Assembly: GCA_009914755.4 (NCBI GenBank)
Contig: CP086569.2
Span: 2,912,001 to 2,976,000, forward strand
Length of the DNA: 64,000 nt
Direction of reading: 5' to 3'
DNA from: the human T2T-CHM13v2.0 reference genome, Homo sapiens
Positions 42,421 through 56,100 of the stretch are shown here, piece after piece. The number at the start of each line of letters is the position of its first letter. Within the stretch, counting starts at the first letter, position 1. The position numbers and the translations under genes were made by a program. The notes beneath the pieces are model-generated. The model was not told where the DNA came from. It worked only from the letters and a program-made list of their open reading frames with translations, and made no database searches.

Positions 42421-43773
42421 ATAAATTCAACTAAAGATTAAAAAATGCAGTTTCAAGTGGACAAAATGAAAAATTTACATCTGCCTTACTATAATAAAGT
42501 GATAATTTCAGATATGGGCAAAAATGGAGAGATGAACCACAGATATTTTATTTCAGGAAATTTTCAGGGAATTGATATCATTTAACTGTAACTGTTGTAG
42601 AAGTAATTCAAATGAGAAATGTAAATAGCACGACACTTCAGAATTAGAGAATTCGCTTTGTTAATTTTTGCTTTTGTTTATTTCTGTCTCAACAACAACA
42701 ATAAAGAATGTAAATTCCATTCCACACTGCTACTTTAAAATTTTAGGTTATTTGAGTTTATTGCTCACAAATTTGATTACAGGTCTTCATTAACTATGAT
42801 TTCAATTTACATACATAGCATAAGTCTTTGCTTGCTGGCAGAGTTGGGGAATAATCAGTTATTTAACTTTTTATAACACTTATAATAATAAATCTGTTAT
42901 TTAACAGTTAACCAGTTAACTTAATCAGTTATTTAGTCTGTTATAATAATCAGTTAATTAACTTTTTATAACATTTTCATGTATATTTGGTGAAAATAAT
43001 TTTATATTTAGGTACATGGGCTTTGAAGTTATTGGAATCAGGTAAATCTGGATTTAAAATCTCAGCTCACTAGCTATATTTTACTACTTAGATAATTCAC
43101 TAGCTGTATGACATTGAGCCATTTATTTGAATTCCTGATACCTAGTTTCCTCATCTGTAAAATGGGGGTAAATACTTACCTCACATATGTGATGAAAACT
43201 TAAATGAGGTAAAATATATACAGCATAGTACTTAGAACACAGTGATTGCTTTAAAATGCAGGCTATTACAATTTTTTTCATCATTCCCTAGATATATTCC
43301 CAAATTTCAAAAAACTGGAATAAAATTATATACATCAAAAAACCATATGGTAATCAAATTAGAACTTTTTGTTGAAAGTAACAAAATTCTATCCAAATTA
43401 CCTAAGAATCGGCTCTGAATTCTAGGACATACCAAAATGTTGTCCTAATAATATAAATATAAATTATATTCTTTTTAAAGCTAATTTGGACTAGATATTT
43501 ATCCTGACACTTTATTCTACTTTTACTCCCCTCTACCCCTGTGCACCCTCATACAATATATTAGAGACCTGAAAAACAACTTACACATTAATCTATTTAA
43601 GGTCTTGTGATTCATGAAACAGAAAGGAAATTTCATAGATCATAGATATTACTGGTGCATTCTCACAGCTGCTTCACTTGTTCTTTCAGATAGAAGGAAG
43701 CCTGCACTTTCCAGATGTGCTGTGTTTTTGTGAGATCTTGCAGCTCCTTCTGGCTAAAGAACCGTGAAGGAAA

Positions 43774-43777
<4 letters not shown>

Positions 43778-43822
<45 letters not shown>
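43778..43822. repeat. (GT)n microsatellite, about 22 units.
   Basis: gtgtgtgtgt... is uninterrupted. Confidence 0.95.
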
Positions 43823-43824
<2 letters not shown>

Positions 43825-45492
43825 TTTCTATGCTGATTTCAATAAGATTTCTTATAATTACTCCAAATATCTCTGGTTTAGGCCATGTGTTTCAAATACT
43901 GCAGTTAGAAGAAAGTAGTGCTTTCTTCATCCTGAGTCATTGAGTATGGAATAATCTATTCTCTTTCCATGTGAAATATGTAGTAAGCGAGAGGCAATGT
44001 TGTATTATAAAGACACTGATTTAGGGAGAGGTTGTTTGTTACTAGAATATAACCTAATTTACATTAACAAATATATTCACTGTCAAATTCAGGCCTTATT
44101 TTATACCTCTACTATAAGGCAATATTCAGAACCAACAAATCACAACAACAACAACACACAAACACACACACAGCACATAAAGCAATTTATAAATTAGATA
44201 TTTGCAAGCCTAATTAAAAAACAATTTAATAAATCCAGGACAATCTCATACCTAAACTTGTTTTATGATGAAATTCTGGGACAGACTTGTATGATGTGAG
44301 CATTGCTATCCTGAGATTTATTTCAATATTTGTAACAATTTAAAAGCAATTTTGATATTCCATACAGTTCCTATATTTCTAATGCCAAACATTTTAGATA
44401 AATATATTATGGGGAATTCTCCCTATTCATAACAACCATTTTTTACCAAAAATACTACAGCACTTCTCAAAATGCCTCTAATGCTAGGTAAATATTAAGT
44501 GAAACCCAGCTTTAATCCATACTATTATTTAATGACAGCTATTTTATTGCATTTACATATGAATATAAGCAACAGTTGTGACTAAAGAGGAAAGTCTGTT
44601 AAAAATGAAAGTTACAACTCAGGTGTTAATGTTCCAACATATTTTTATACTTCGGTGTCCATAGAATGGCTTCTAAATTATTCTTTTAAGGAACTTACAG
44701 CTCCCCCAAAATATTATGAAAGTAAACTAGTCTCTTTTTGCTCAATGTTCCATAGAAGTTAAAATATTTTTTGCATGTTGAAAGATTATGTGTATATTAA
44801 TTTCATTATGAATTTTTAATATTACTCTCACTGAATTTAAGCTGAGTAGACATAGTGAAAGAGGAGCAAGATGCATAAACATATTATTGTATTCACTTTG
44901 CTTAATTCCACACATGCATATAAGTGTTATTTAGATGACATTTATATGAGGGCAAAATCTCTTTATTTTTTCATATGCTTACATATTAAACATTCTATTT
45001 TGTTTCCTAAAGCATATAGCTCAATAAATGAAAGGCATTAAAGAACAAAGAGAAAAGTTACCTGATTTTTCAAGAGATCATCTGGTACTTTTCTGGAGAA
45101 TACTATTTATAGCAAAGTTGGAAACATGCGTGGAACCAATATACCAACAAAGATGCACATAGATAGCTAAAAACTAACTAGAGAGTTAACATTCAGTCAA
45201 ATATCAGAATATTTCAAAATATTATATGTAGATTAGTTGCTTAGAAGATTGACCCTTCATGTACATATTTCTTGGCATGATGAAATTCCAGTAACTGCTT
45301 GTCAGATAATACATTTACTCCAAAAAACATTTTTTGTTGTTTTTGATGCAATCAGCTTTCATAAAATGTAGCTTCACTTGCCTAGTTGTGCCCATCCAAA
45401 ACAAAGTGGAAAGTAAGAGAAGGAGGAGGAGGAAGAGGAAGACAAAAAGAAGCCGAAGGAGGAAGTAGAAACAAAAGAGGGAGAAGGAGTAG

Positions 45493-45690
<198 letters not shown>

Positions 45691-48600
45691 TAATTGCTTT
45701 TCACTTCTGCGACTGGTATTACCCATTATAACTACATTCTTCTGTCCCTGTACAGTGAGGAAGATTTAGACATAACATGTGATTATAAATTAAAGAAAGC
45801 AAATTAAACTTTCTAATCATGAACTGCATGCTTACTCCCTATTTGCTCATTCTTATCCAATGACTCACAGTATCTGTAAGATTACTTTAAAAAAACTATA
45901 GTTGAAAATAATTTAAAGTAAAACACCAAATAATGAAATACAACATTAAATTGAACATGTCTGAATATTAATTTGGTGTCCTACACAAACGTTCAAATAA
46001 TAATTCGAAGATTTGAATGAGGCACCTCGTGTATGTAAAATTCAACTTCCTCAGTAAATCATCTATAAAATGTATTATGTTTTCTTTAATTAGTTTTGTT
46101 TGCTGCCATCTTTCATAAAACAAGAAATCCTGGTAGGGTAACTTACTAGATATTACTTGTTTAATACACAGTGCTCATATATGCTAATTTTCATTTGTGA
46201 AAACTTAATGATCAATCTCTAATAATGTGGTAATTCATTTTACGGTACAATTTAAATAAACATGGATGAATTTTTCTAAACAAACCTTTGTCTTATATTG
46301 AATAGGTATTTTAATTCTCTATAGGTACAAACTAATCATTTTTTCCCATGAACATAAAAATGTGGTGGCAAATTAAAGATTTCTGATTATAGAGTTTCAT
46401 TTTGAGAACTAATAATTCTTTTAAATATTAATAGATTATGTTAATTTTTTAATTTTAGAAAAATTGAACCAAGGCACTCATTGTGTAAGATAAAAGGACA
46501 TCAAAATGTTTTTGTTTTCTAATTTTTAAACAAATATTTTTTATCTCTAAGTGTCTGAAAATGCAAATCTGAGATTTTGAGAAAATTTATAACAAAATCA
46601 AAGGATCTTACACCATTTAGCGCATAGTATCAAATCACTATTGTTCTGTATTTTGTCATTTCAATTCACATATGTCATATAGTGAGATTGGTAGGATTTT
46701 TTTTTCATAGTCTTAAAGAGGTTATATTGTTTGTCTTAGTAATGACTATTTGATTATGTTTGCCCACAGCATATACCTTAAGTCTTATCTCACAATTTCC
46801 TAAGGCTAATTTTAGCACCCTGAAAGGGAGACATTTTGCATTTTAATGCTGATTCATTACTAACAGGTGAGACTTAACTATTGCTCTTAAAAATTGTTAT
46901 AAGTATGATGTTCACAACTGTGACCAACATATAAAAAATACTAATATCCGTAATGAAGTGACTATAGGGACATAGATACATTGTAATTTTCCTCAATGTT
47001 CAAAATAATTTTAATGGTTTTCATTTCTAAATAAATAGCATTTTAGCTATTTGGGCTGTCAAAGCCTTGGAGGTCAATTTGTCTACATTTGCTCTACGTG
47101 GACAAAATCACATTATTCCACAACTGGCGAAATCTGTTTGCTTGTGATTCTTGAATAGCAAGCATAGAATTTCCTTTCTTATTAGATTTGCTCAGGTTGG
47201 CAGACACGGTAAAATCAAATACACACATTTTAAAAATTAAACAACTATTCCAACTCCCATGGCATATAACACGTAACACAGTTCAGGATATATTTCATTA
47301 GTGTAACACATACTAAATATGATTCATGTAGTGCTTCATATGTGCCAGCAACTGCTATGTAAACATTAATCCGTTTAATTATCACAATGCCATCATGAAT
47401 ATGTACAGTAAATATCTGCACAAGTGAGGAAACTAAGGCACAGATGGGTTAATTTGCCAAGAACATAGTTCAAGTTAGTACATGAATTAAATACATGATT
47501 TAAAACCACGTAATATAGATCTAGAGTTCAAGCTTCTTATCTTCTTATTGTATTGTTTAATCTAAAACAAGATTATTCATAAAAAGCTTAAAACATGTCA
47601 TATTGTGCTAAGAATATCTGGAGGCCTTTGTAGCTATTTTTTTTATTTCAACAGGTTTTGGGGTAACAGGTGGTGTTTGGTTACATGGATAAGTTCTTCA
47701 GTGGTGATTTCTGAGGTTTTGGTACACCCGTCACCCCAGCAGTGTACACTGTACCCAGTGTATAGTCTTTTGTCCCTCACTCCACTCCCACCCTTGCCCC
47801 GTGTCCCCAAAGTCCATTGTATCATTCCTATGCTTTTGCATCCTCATAGCTTAGCTCCCACTTATGAACGAGAACATATGATATTTGCTTTTCCATTCCT
47901 GTTACTGCACTTAAAATAATGGTCTCCAGTTCCATCTGGGTTGCTGTGAATGCCACTATTTTGTTCCTTTTTTTGACTGAGTAGTATTCCATGGTATATA
48001 CCACATTTTCTTTATCCACTCTTTAATTGATGGCATGTAGGCTTGTTCCATATTTTTGCAATTGCAAAATGTGCTGCTATAAACATGCATGTGAAAGTAT
48101 CTTTTTGGTATAATGACTTATTTTCCTCTGGGTAGACACCCAGTAGTGGGATTGCTGGATCAAATGGTAGATCTACATTTAGTTCTTTACAGAATCTCCA
48201 TACTATTTTCCAAAGTGGTCGTACTAGTGTTCCATTTTCACCACATCCACATCAACATCTATTAGTTTTTGATTTTTTGATTACAGCCGTTCTTGCAGAA
48301 GTAAGGTGGTATTGCATTGTGGCTTTGATTTGCATTTCCCTGATCATTAGTGATGTTGAGCATTTTTTCATATGTTTGTTGGCCATTTGTATATCTTCTT
48401 TTGAGAATTGTCTATTCATGTCCTTAGCTCATTTTTTGATGGGACTGTTTGTTTTTCTTGCTGATTTGTTTGACTTCCTTGTAGATTCTGGATATTAGCC
48501 CTTTGTCAGATGTATAGATTGAGAAGTTTTCTCCCACTCTGTAGGCTGTCTGTTTACTCTGCTGATTGTTTCTTTTGCTGTACAGAAGCTTTTTAGTTTA

Positions 48601-49340
48601 ATTAGGTGTCATCTATTTATATTTGTTTTTGTTGCATTTGCTTTGGGGTTCTTGGTCATGAGGTCTTTGCCTAAGCCAATATCTAGAAGGGTTTTTTCCT
48701 ATGTTATCTTCTATAATTTTTATGGTTTCAGGTCTTAGATTTAAGTCTTTGATGCATCTTGAGTTGGCTTTTGTGAAAGATGAGAGATGAGGATCCAGTT
48801 CCATTCTTCTACATGTGGCTAGCCAATAATCCCAACACCATTTGTTGAATAGGGTGTCCTTTTCCCACTTTATGTGTTTGTTTGCTTTGTTGAAAATCAG
48901 TTGGCTGTAAGTATTTGGCTTTATTTCTGGGTTCTCTATTCCGTTCCATTGGTCTATGTGACTATTTTTATACCAGTGCCATGCTGTTTTGGTGACTATG
49001 GGCTTATAGTATAGTTTGAAGTTGGGTAACGTCATGACTCCAGATTTGTTCTTTTTGCTTAGTCTTGCTTTGGCTATGATGGCTCTTTTTTGGGGGTGCC
49101 ATATAAATTTAGAATTTTTTTTCTAGTTTTGTGAAGAATGATGGTGGTATTTTGATGGGAATTACATTTAATTTGTTGATTGCTTTTGACAGTATGTCAT
49201 TTTCACAATATTGATCCTACCTATCCATGAGCATGGGATGTGTTTCTACTTGTTTGTTTTGTCTATGATTTATTTCAGCAGTGTTTTATAATTTCCTTGT
49301 AGTGGTCTTTTGCCTCCTTGGCTAGGTATATTCCTAAGTA

Positions 49341-49407
49341 TTTTATTTTATTTTATTTTATTTTATTTTATTTTATTTTATTTTTATTTTATTTTATTTT
49401 ATTATTT
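49341..49407. repeat. (TTTTA)n microsatellite inside the L1.
   Basis: ttttattttattttattttattttattttattttatttttattttattttattttatt. Confidence 0.9.
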
Positions 49408-51187
49408 TTGCAGCTTTTGTAAAAGTGGTTGAGTTCTTGAATTGATTCTCACCTTGGTATCTGTTGGTGTATAGCAGTGCTACTGATTTGAGTATATTAA
49501 TTTTGTATCCTAAAACTTCTGAATTCATTTATCAGTTATATGAGCTTTTTGGATGAGTCTTTAGGGTTTTCTAGGTATAAAATCATATCATCAGCAAACA
49601 GTGACAGTTTGACTTCCTCTTTACCAATTTGGATGCCCTTTATTTCTTTCTCTTGTCTGGTTTCTCTGGCTATGACTTCCAGCACTATATTGAATAGAAG
49701 TGGTGGAAGTGGACATCTTTGTCTTGTTCCAGTTCTTAGGGAAATGTTTATGTTTTTCCCTGTTCAGTATAATATTGGTTGTGGGTTTCTCATAGATAGC
49801 TTTTATTACATTAAATTATGTCCCTTCTATGCCGATTTTGCTGAGGGTTTTAATCATAAAGGATGCTGGATTTTGTCAAATGCTTTTTCTGCATCTATTG
49901 AGATGATCATGTGATTTTTGTTTTTAATTCTGTTTAAGTGGTGTATCACATTTATTGACTTACTTATGTTAAACCATCCCTGCATACCTGAAATGAAACC
50001 CACATGATCATGGTGCATTATCTTTTTATATGCTGATGGATTCAGTTAGCTAGTATTTTATTGAGGATTTTTACCTCTATGTTCATTAGGGATCTTGGTC
50101 TTTAGTTTTCTTTTTCTCCCATGTCCTTTCCTGGTTTTTGGTATTAGGGTGATACTGGTTTCATAAACTGATATAATGAGGATTCCTTCTTATTCTATCT
50201 TGTGGAACAGTGTCAATAGGATTGGTACCAATTCTTCTTTGAATGTCTGATAGAATTCAGCTATAAATCCATTTGATCCTGGACTTTTTGATGTTGTTAT
50301 TGTTGGCAATTTTTATATCACCATTTCAATCTCACTGCTTGTTATTGGTCTGCTCAGTTTCTATTTCTGGTTTAATCCTGGTTTAATCTAGGAAGGTTTC
50401 ATATTTTCAGGAATTTATCCATATCCTCTAGGTTTTCTAGTTTATGTGCATAAAGGTGTTCATAGTAACTTTGAATGGTCTCTTGTATTTCGGTAGTATT
50501 GGTTGTAATATCTTCCATTTTCTTTCTAACTGAGCTATTTGAATCTTCTCTCTTTTCTTTGTTAATTTCACTAATGGTTTTTCAATTTTATTTATCTTTT
50601 CAAATACAAAGCTTTTTGTTTTATCTTTTGTATTTTTCTATTCTTTCTTTCACTTTCATTTAGTTCTGCTCTTATCTTTGTTATTTATTTTCTTCTGCTG
50701 GTTTGTGGTTTGGTTTGTTCTTGTTTCTCTAGTTCCTTGAAGTGTGACTTTAGATGGTCTATTTGTGCTCCTTCAGACTTTTGGATGTAAGTGTTTAAGG
50801 CTGTGAACTTTCCTCTTAGACATGTTCTGCTGTATCCCAGATATTTTGATAGGTTGTGTCACTATTATCATTCAGTTCAAAGAATTTTTTTATTTCTATT
50901 TTGATTTTGTTGTTGACCCAAAGATCATTCAGAAGCAGGTTATTTAATTTCAATGTATTTTCATGCTTTCGAGAGTTTCTTTTGGAGTTGGGCTCCAATT
51001 GTATTCCACAGAGGTCTGAGAGAGTACTTGATATAATTTTGATTTTCTTAAATTTATTGAGACTTGTTTTGTGTCCTATCACATGGCCTATCTTGGAGAA
51101 TGTTCCTTATGCTGATGAATAGAATGTATATTCTGCAGTTATTGGGTAGAATGTCTGTAAATATCTATTACATCCATCTATTCTAGG

Positions 51188-51418
51188 GGCTCACCACAAC
51201 CTCTGCTTCCCAGGATCAAGCAATTCTCCTGCCTCAGCCTCCTGATTAGCTGGGATTACAGGCATGCACCACCACACCTGGCTAACTTTTTGTATTTTTA
51301 GTAGAGATGGGGTTTCATCATGTTGGCCAGGCTGGTCTCGAACTCCCAACCTATGTGATCCACCCGCCTCAGCCTCCCAAAGTGCTGAGATTACAGGCAT
51401 GAGCCACTGCCCCCAGCC
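51188..51418 (-). mobile_element. Alu nested in the L1, lacking its 3' tail.
   Basis: ggctcaccacaacctctgcttcccaggatcaagcaattctcctgcctcagcctcctgattagctgggattacaggcatgcaccaccacacctggctaac...ggattacaggcatgagccactgcccccagcc. Confidence 0.85.
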
Positions 51419-54400
51419 CCTCTAGGGTATAGTTTAAGTCCATTTTTTTGTTGTTGTTACTAATTGCTGTCTTTTTTTGTCGTTGTTATTAACCTGCCTA
51501 GTGCAGTCGATGGAATATTGTAGTCCCCCACTCTTATCGTGTTGCTGTCTATCGCATTTCTTAGGTTCAGTAGTAATTGTTTTATGAAGTTGGGAGCTCC
51601 AGTATTAGGTGCATATATATTTAGAATTGTTATATTTCCTTGTTGAACCAGTCCTTTTATTATTATATAATCCCTCTTTGTCTTTTTTAACTGCTGTTGC
51701 TTTAAAGTGTGTTTTTTTCTGATATAAGAACAGCTACTCCTACTGGCATTTGGTGTCCATTTGCATGGAAAATCTTTTTTCACTCCTTTCCCTCAAGTTT
51801 ATATGAGTATTTATGTGTTAGGTGAGTATCTTGAAGATAGCAGATACTTGGTGAATTTTTAATCATCCTGCCATTCTGTAACTTTAAGTGGAGCATTTAG
51901 GCCACTTGCATTCAACATTAGCATTGAGATGTGAGGTACTATTCTATTCATTATGCTATTTGTTGCCTGAATATTTAGGATTATGTTCACTGTGTTATTT
52001 TTATATATGTCCTGTTAGATTTATGCTTTAAGGAGGTTCTATTTTGGTTTATTTTGAGGTTTTGTTTCAAGACTTAGAGTTTGAAACAAAACAGCTGCTT
52101 TTAGCAGTTCTTGTAGTGCTGGCTTGGTAGTTGGTGAATTCTCTAAGCATTTGTGTGTCTGAAAAAGACTATATATTTTCTTATTTATGGAACTTTGTTT
52201 CTCTAGATGAAAAATTATTGGCTTATAATTGTTTTGTTTAAGGAGGCTAAAGGACCCCAATGTCTTCTGGTCTATAGAGTTTCTGCTATCTGATAGGTTT
52301 TCCTTTATAAGTTACCTGATGTTTTTGCCTCACAGCTCTTAAGATTCTTTTCTTCATCTTGACTTTAGATATTCTTTAGACTGTGTTCCTAGGTGATGAT
52401 CTTTTTGTGATGAATTTCCCAGGTGTTCTTTAAGCTTCTTGTATTTGGAGGTCTAGATCTCTAGCAAGACTGGGGAAGTTTTCCTCAATTATTCCCTCAA
52501 ATATGTTTTTCAAACTTTTTGATTTCTCCCTCAAGAAGCAATTATTCTTAAATTTGGCCATTTAACATATCCCAGACTTTTTGGAGACTTTGTCTTTTTA
52601 AAATTTTTTTTTTTGTCTTTGTAGGATTGTGTTAATTCAAAAGCCTTGTCTTCAAGCTCTGAATTTCTTTCTTCTACTTGTTTAACTCTATTGCTGAAAC
52701 TTTCCAGGGTATTTGGCATTTCTGTAAGTGTGTCCTTCATTTCCAGAAGTTCTGATTGCTCTTTTATTTATGTTATGTATTCATTTGGAGATTGTTTTTG
52801 TCCATATCCTGTAACTTTTAAAAAATTTCTTTGAGTTGATATTCACCTTTCTCTGGTGCCTCCTTGAGTAGCTTAAAAGGCAACCTTCTGAATTCTTTTT
52901 CTGGCAATTCAGATATTTCTTCTTGGTTTGGATTCATTGCTGGTGAGCTAGCATGATCTTTTGGAGTGTTAAAGAACTTTTCTTTGTCACATTACCAGAA
53001 CTGTCCTGCCAGTTCCTTCTTATTTGGGTAGACTATGTCAGAGGGAGGACCTGGGGCTCAAGGGCTGCTGTTCAGATTATTTTGTCCCATGGGGTGCTCC
53101 CTGGATGTGGGTGCTCAGAGATGTGGCTTCCTGAGAAGTGAACTGCAGTGAATGTTATTTTTCTTCTGGATGTAGGTGCCCAGCTACTTGGGAATGTCTG
53201 CAAAGAGACCTGTGATGTGATCCATCTTCAGGTCTCTCAACCTTGGATACTAGCACCTGTTCTGGTGGAGGTAGCAGGCGAGTGAAGTGGACTCTGTGAG
53301 GGTTCTTGGTTGTATTTTTGTTTATTGTGGTAGTTTTGTGTTGATTGGCCTGAAGCCAGGAGGTGGCGCTTTCAAGAAAGCATCAGCTGTGGTAGTATAG
53401 GGAGGACACAAGCTTGCCTAAGGTCACGAGGATAAGTTTCTCAGGCAGCAGGCAGCCCATAGAGCTCCCAAGCGATTATGTTCTTTGTCTTCAGCTACCA
53501 GGAAGGGTAGAAAAAGACCATTAGGTGTGGGCAGGGTTAGGTGTGTCTGAGTTCAGACTCCCCTTGGGCCAGGCTTGCTGAGGCCGCTGTGCGGGATTGG
53601 GGTGTGGTTCTTAGGCCAATAGAGGAATGTTTCTAGGGGAATTATGACTGCCTCTGCTGCATAATGCAGGCTGCCAGGGAAGTGGGGGAAAGCCAGCAGT
53701 TACAGGCCTCACCCAGCTCCCATGCAGCCCAAAAGGCTGGTCTCACTCCCACTATGCCCCCACCATCAGCACCCAGTTTACTTCCAGGCAGCTGGTGTGC
53801 AGGGCTGAGGACTTGCCCCAGGCTTCAGGTCTCCCTGCTGTAAAAGCAAGCAGGGCCTTTAGGTTTCATGCCTCCCCACCAGCCACAACTTATGTGCTGT
53901 GATTTCACTCCCCAGTTAACCCTCTCCCCCAGATTATGTCGAGGAAACTTTGTGTTCTGTCAAAATTGTTACAAAGTTCAGTTGGAGGTTTCCTTCTCCC
54001 TGTGGTCTTTCCCCAATTCCACAGGCGGCCTTACCCAAGGATCCTTGTGAGATAAAGTCAGAAATGGCTTTCCCAGAAACCAAGAATGCCAACAGGCCTC
54101 GTCCCACAGCTTTCTCTATCCCTCTATTTTGCCCAGCTCTCTAAGTTCATCTCAGCTCCAGGTAAAGTCAAATCCTTCTCCCATGATGTGGACATTAAGG
54201 TTCCCCAGTGAGGATGATTGTTTAGGGGCAGACGATCCCCCTTTCACATTTTCACGCTTTGGGCACTCAGAGTTTTTCGGCCATTTCCTGGAGCCTGAAG
54301 TAGCAATTCACTTCTTTCAAAGGGTCTGTGGATTCCTTTGGCTTTCCTGGTATGGTCCTGCTGTGGTTCTTCAAGCAAAAGTTTTGGATATGGGTATCCA

Positions 54401-55792
54401 CATGCTGCTCTGTCCATGTAAGTGGGAGCTGTAAGTTAGTCCTTCCTCCTACCCACTGTTTTCCCAAAGATCCAGCCTCTGAGATTTTGTTATTTATATC
54501 TTTCCTTTATGAAACTATCACCTGTCTAGTTCTTCAGAAGAAGAAGTTCGTAAATTTATTCCTTTGTTGTATTATTCAATAAGCCTGGTACAAATTTTAG
54601 GTATAAGTTCCAGTCAGACATATCAGTTTTGAACCATAAAATCATGGCACTTGTGTATTTTTTTAGTAGTTTTACAGCATGCAACAAAATATCTGCTACC
54701 AATGATAGCTGAAGTGCCAGTATTTTGAAATAATTTTCTGTCTATTCCATTGAATTCTGCATTTTCCCCATAATGTCACTTTTAGTTATTTGCAACCCGC
54801 CATTGTAACTGATATGCCTTTAATAAGAATAGAAAGTATATATTATACTGCCTCATTTTGCACAAAATTAAGCACTTTCTTATTTGCTAAAATCTTATTA
54901 CATTCATGACAATATGACAAGATGGTCAATAGCATGCCATCAGTATTATGGTAGAAAAAATTAGCAAATATCCAGTCTTAGCTCATAAATATGCAAGCAG
55001 CTAGGGACTTCTTTTTTGTCTCCACATAAAGTATATTTTTTGATATCCTGATAGTTATTGCAAATCATATATCCCAAATCAAAATAGTCTTGAGTATATT
55101 CAGGATGCTGAATGTAGCAAGTAAATTTTCCTGTGTTCCTTACATAGACTTGGTAGTATCAGCAATCAGTCACCGCATTGCTCTATCTGCTGATAGGTGG
55201 CTGTCATAAGAAAATACCTTAGGTGATTACAAACTCTTACAGTCTCCTCCTTTTCCATGTATTTTTCCTAGTTTTCAGGTCTATATGTAATAGTGCTTAT
55301 CAAATAATTTCAGTCTGTCTATATTCAAGTTGCCATTTCTGTGGTCTTTTGAACCACAGCACACAATCCTGTCACCAGTGATTCCACATGTTAGAAGTCC
55401 ATATTTTATAACAGACGGCTTATTACATGTCACACTATATGAATGACCCTGTGCTTCTCTCTCAAAGTGGAAAGTCTATATAACAGTTGCTATTACTTGG
55501 TGAAGTCCCTGGAATTGCTTGCCTCTATCCACAGTTTGCCAGAGACCTTTGAATTTCTAGGGTTTTTTCACCATATTTTAAATGTATCTCAGGGAATTAG
55601 GCTGTTGTGTGTCAGTATTAGGTTTAGCCACAGCACACTGGATTACTAGAACACCTATTTCAGCCCCTGCTGCCTAGAAATTCCAAATGAAAAATTCCTT
55701 AAACCTACTTTATTTCTCCTAGTACATTTTCATGGTGATCTAGAGACTTAGCATTCCTTGTATTAGCCAGGCTTCTATAAAATATTATTCTT

Positions 55793-56100
55793 GGCCAGGT
55801 GTGGTCACTCACACCTGTAATTCCAGCACTTTGGGAGGCTGGAGCAGGTGGACACCTTGAGCCCATGAGTTTGAGACCAGACTGGGTAACATGGAGAAAA
55901 TCCATCTCTACAACAAAAAAACAAAAATTAGTCAGGCGTGGTGATGTGTGCCTGTAGTCCCAGCTGCTTTGGAGGCTGAGATGGGAAGATCATCTTAGCC
56001 AGGGAGGTCAAGGCTGCAGTGACCCATGATTGCGCCATTGTACTCCAGCCTGGGTGACAGAGTCAGACCTTGTCTCAAATTAAAAATAATAATAATAATA
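55793..56100 (+). mobile_element. Alu, full length.
   Basis: ggccaggtgtggtcactcacacctgtaattccagcactttgggaggctg...ctccagcctgggtgacagagtcagaccttgtctcaaattaaaaataataataataataa. Confidence 0.95.

Larger units (their letters stand above)
47635..54560 (-). mobile_element. Near full-length older L1 (L1PB / old-L1PA-like) running from 3' UTR through ORF2, ORF1 and 5' UTR. All ORFs are disrupted. Alu nested at 51188-51418.
   Basis: The plus strand shows the antisense L1 3' end (ttttttatttcaacaggttttggggtaacaggtggtgtttggttacatgg). Minus ORFs give the ORF2 C-terminus ([29 protein letters not shown]), the EN domain (ITILNIYAPNTGAP.FIKQ) and ORF1 (LESFSNRVKQVEERNSELEDKAFELTQ...YVKWPNLRIIA). The GC-richer 53000-54500 region is consistent with an old-L1 5' UTR. 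The 5' boundary is approximate. Confidence 0.8.

Noticed and set aside
42840..42960. Repeated cagttatttaac / ttataacac motifs.
   Set aside because: This is low-complexity AT-rich sequence with two about 35-bp imperfect direct repeats. It has no higher-order structure or coding potential.
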